A program made the position numbers and the translations under genes. Below the pieces are notes generated by a model, which was not told the DNA's origin, searched no databases, and was given only the letters and a program-made list of their open reading frames with translations. A stretch of 64,000 bases of DNA from Chiloscyllium plagiosum. Its lineage: Eukaryota. Below are positions 63,460 through 64,000 of the stretch, piece by piece. The DNA is taken from assembly GCF_004010195.1 (NCBI RefSeq), contig NC_057720.1:27341899-27405898 (forward strand), read 5' to 3'. Every line of letters starts with the position of its first letter. Position 1 is the first letter of the stretch.

Positions 63460-63780
63460 TATACGCTTGAGTAATGGTTAATCTTGTGTAAAGTTCGTGC
63501 ACCAAACTTTGACCAAAAACCATCCATTTTAATTTACCTTGCACATAGGTCATCACTTAATTTTTAGGCAAATGATCCGCTGAAAGATCACTGCACCACC
63601 AAAGAAAGCTGTACAGTTATTAGTGTCTGCACACATAATTTTGGCTCCTTTTGTGCTACATTTATGAGTGAGATTTGCGGGAACAGTCTTCAGGCTGGTA
63701 ATTCTGTGATAGTGAGGTGTTGGAAAAGGTTGGATTTGAACCTTTGCAAAATGTTACTCATACAAAAGTCGAACCCATAC
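63460..63780 (-). pseudogene. PB2: Influenza-like PB2 N-terminal fragment
   Basis: KLKWMVFG ~ RLKHGTFG; LWW ~ TWW; KIMC ~ RVMV. Confidence 0.45.
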
Positions 63781-64000
63781 TTTTAAATTTACAGCTGTAG
63801 AAACTTTGGTTGGGCCACATTTGGAATTTTGTGCACAGTTGTGGTCACCACACTACCAGAAAGATATGGAGGCTTGGAGAGGATACAGAAACGTTTTACC
63901 AGATTGTTGCCTAGTTTGGAGGATTTTAGATAATGTGGAGAGATTGGATTAGCTTTACTGTCACATATACTCAAATGAATGTTATGAAGAGTTTACAAGT

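Noticed and set aside
1..64000. CRISPR array, rRNA, true tRNA genes
   Set aside because: No regular repeat-spacer array; tRNA-like sequences are SINE heads

Overview
Eukaryotic, AT-rich, repeat-dense DNA. The tRNA-headed HE1/V-type SINEs, CR1 (HER1-type) LINEs, Penelope-like elements, Rex1/Babar and Tigger MITEs point to a shark genome (inference). There are two assembly gaps and no convincing host exon. Main result: much of the non-repeat DNA between transposons translates, through stops and frameshifts, into collinear relics of influenza-like (Orthomyxoviridae) proteins. I count about 7 PA, 7 PB1, 5-6 PB2, 2 NP and 1 M1 fragments across the window, including a near full-length PB1, some in head-to-tail arrays and many split by later transposons. 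This looks like a dense, ancient cluster of endogenous influenza-like viral elements (EVEs), possibly a piRNA-cluster-like archive. All viral assignments are by-eye alignments to influenza A/B sequences recalled from memory. No search or E-values were computed, and EVE boundaries are approximate (roughly +/-50-100 nt). Secondary features are minimal hammerhead ribozymes in Penelope termini, fold-back mini-insertions, solo LTRs, an old PB1+Rex1 duplication and a long inverted repeat.
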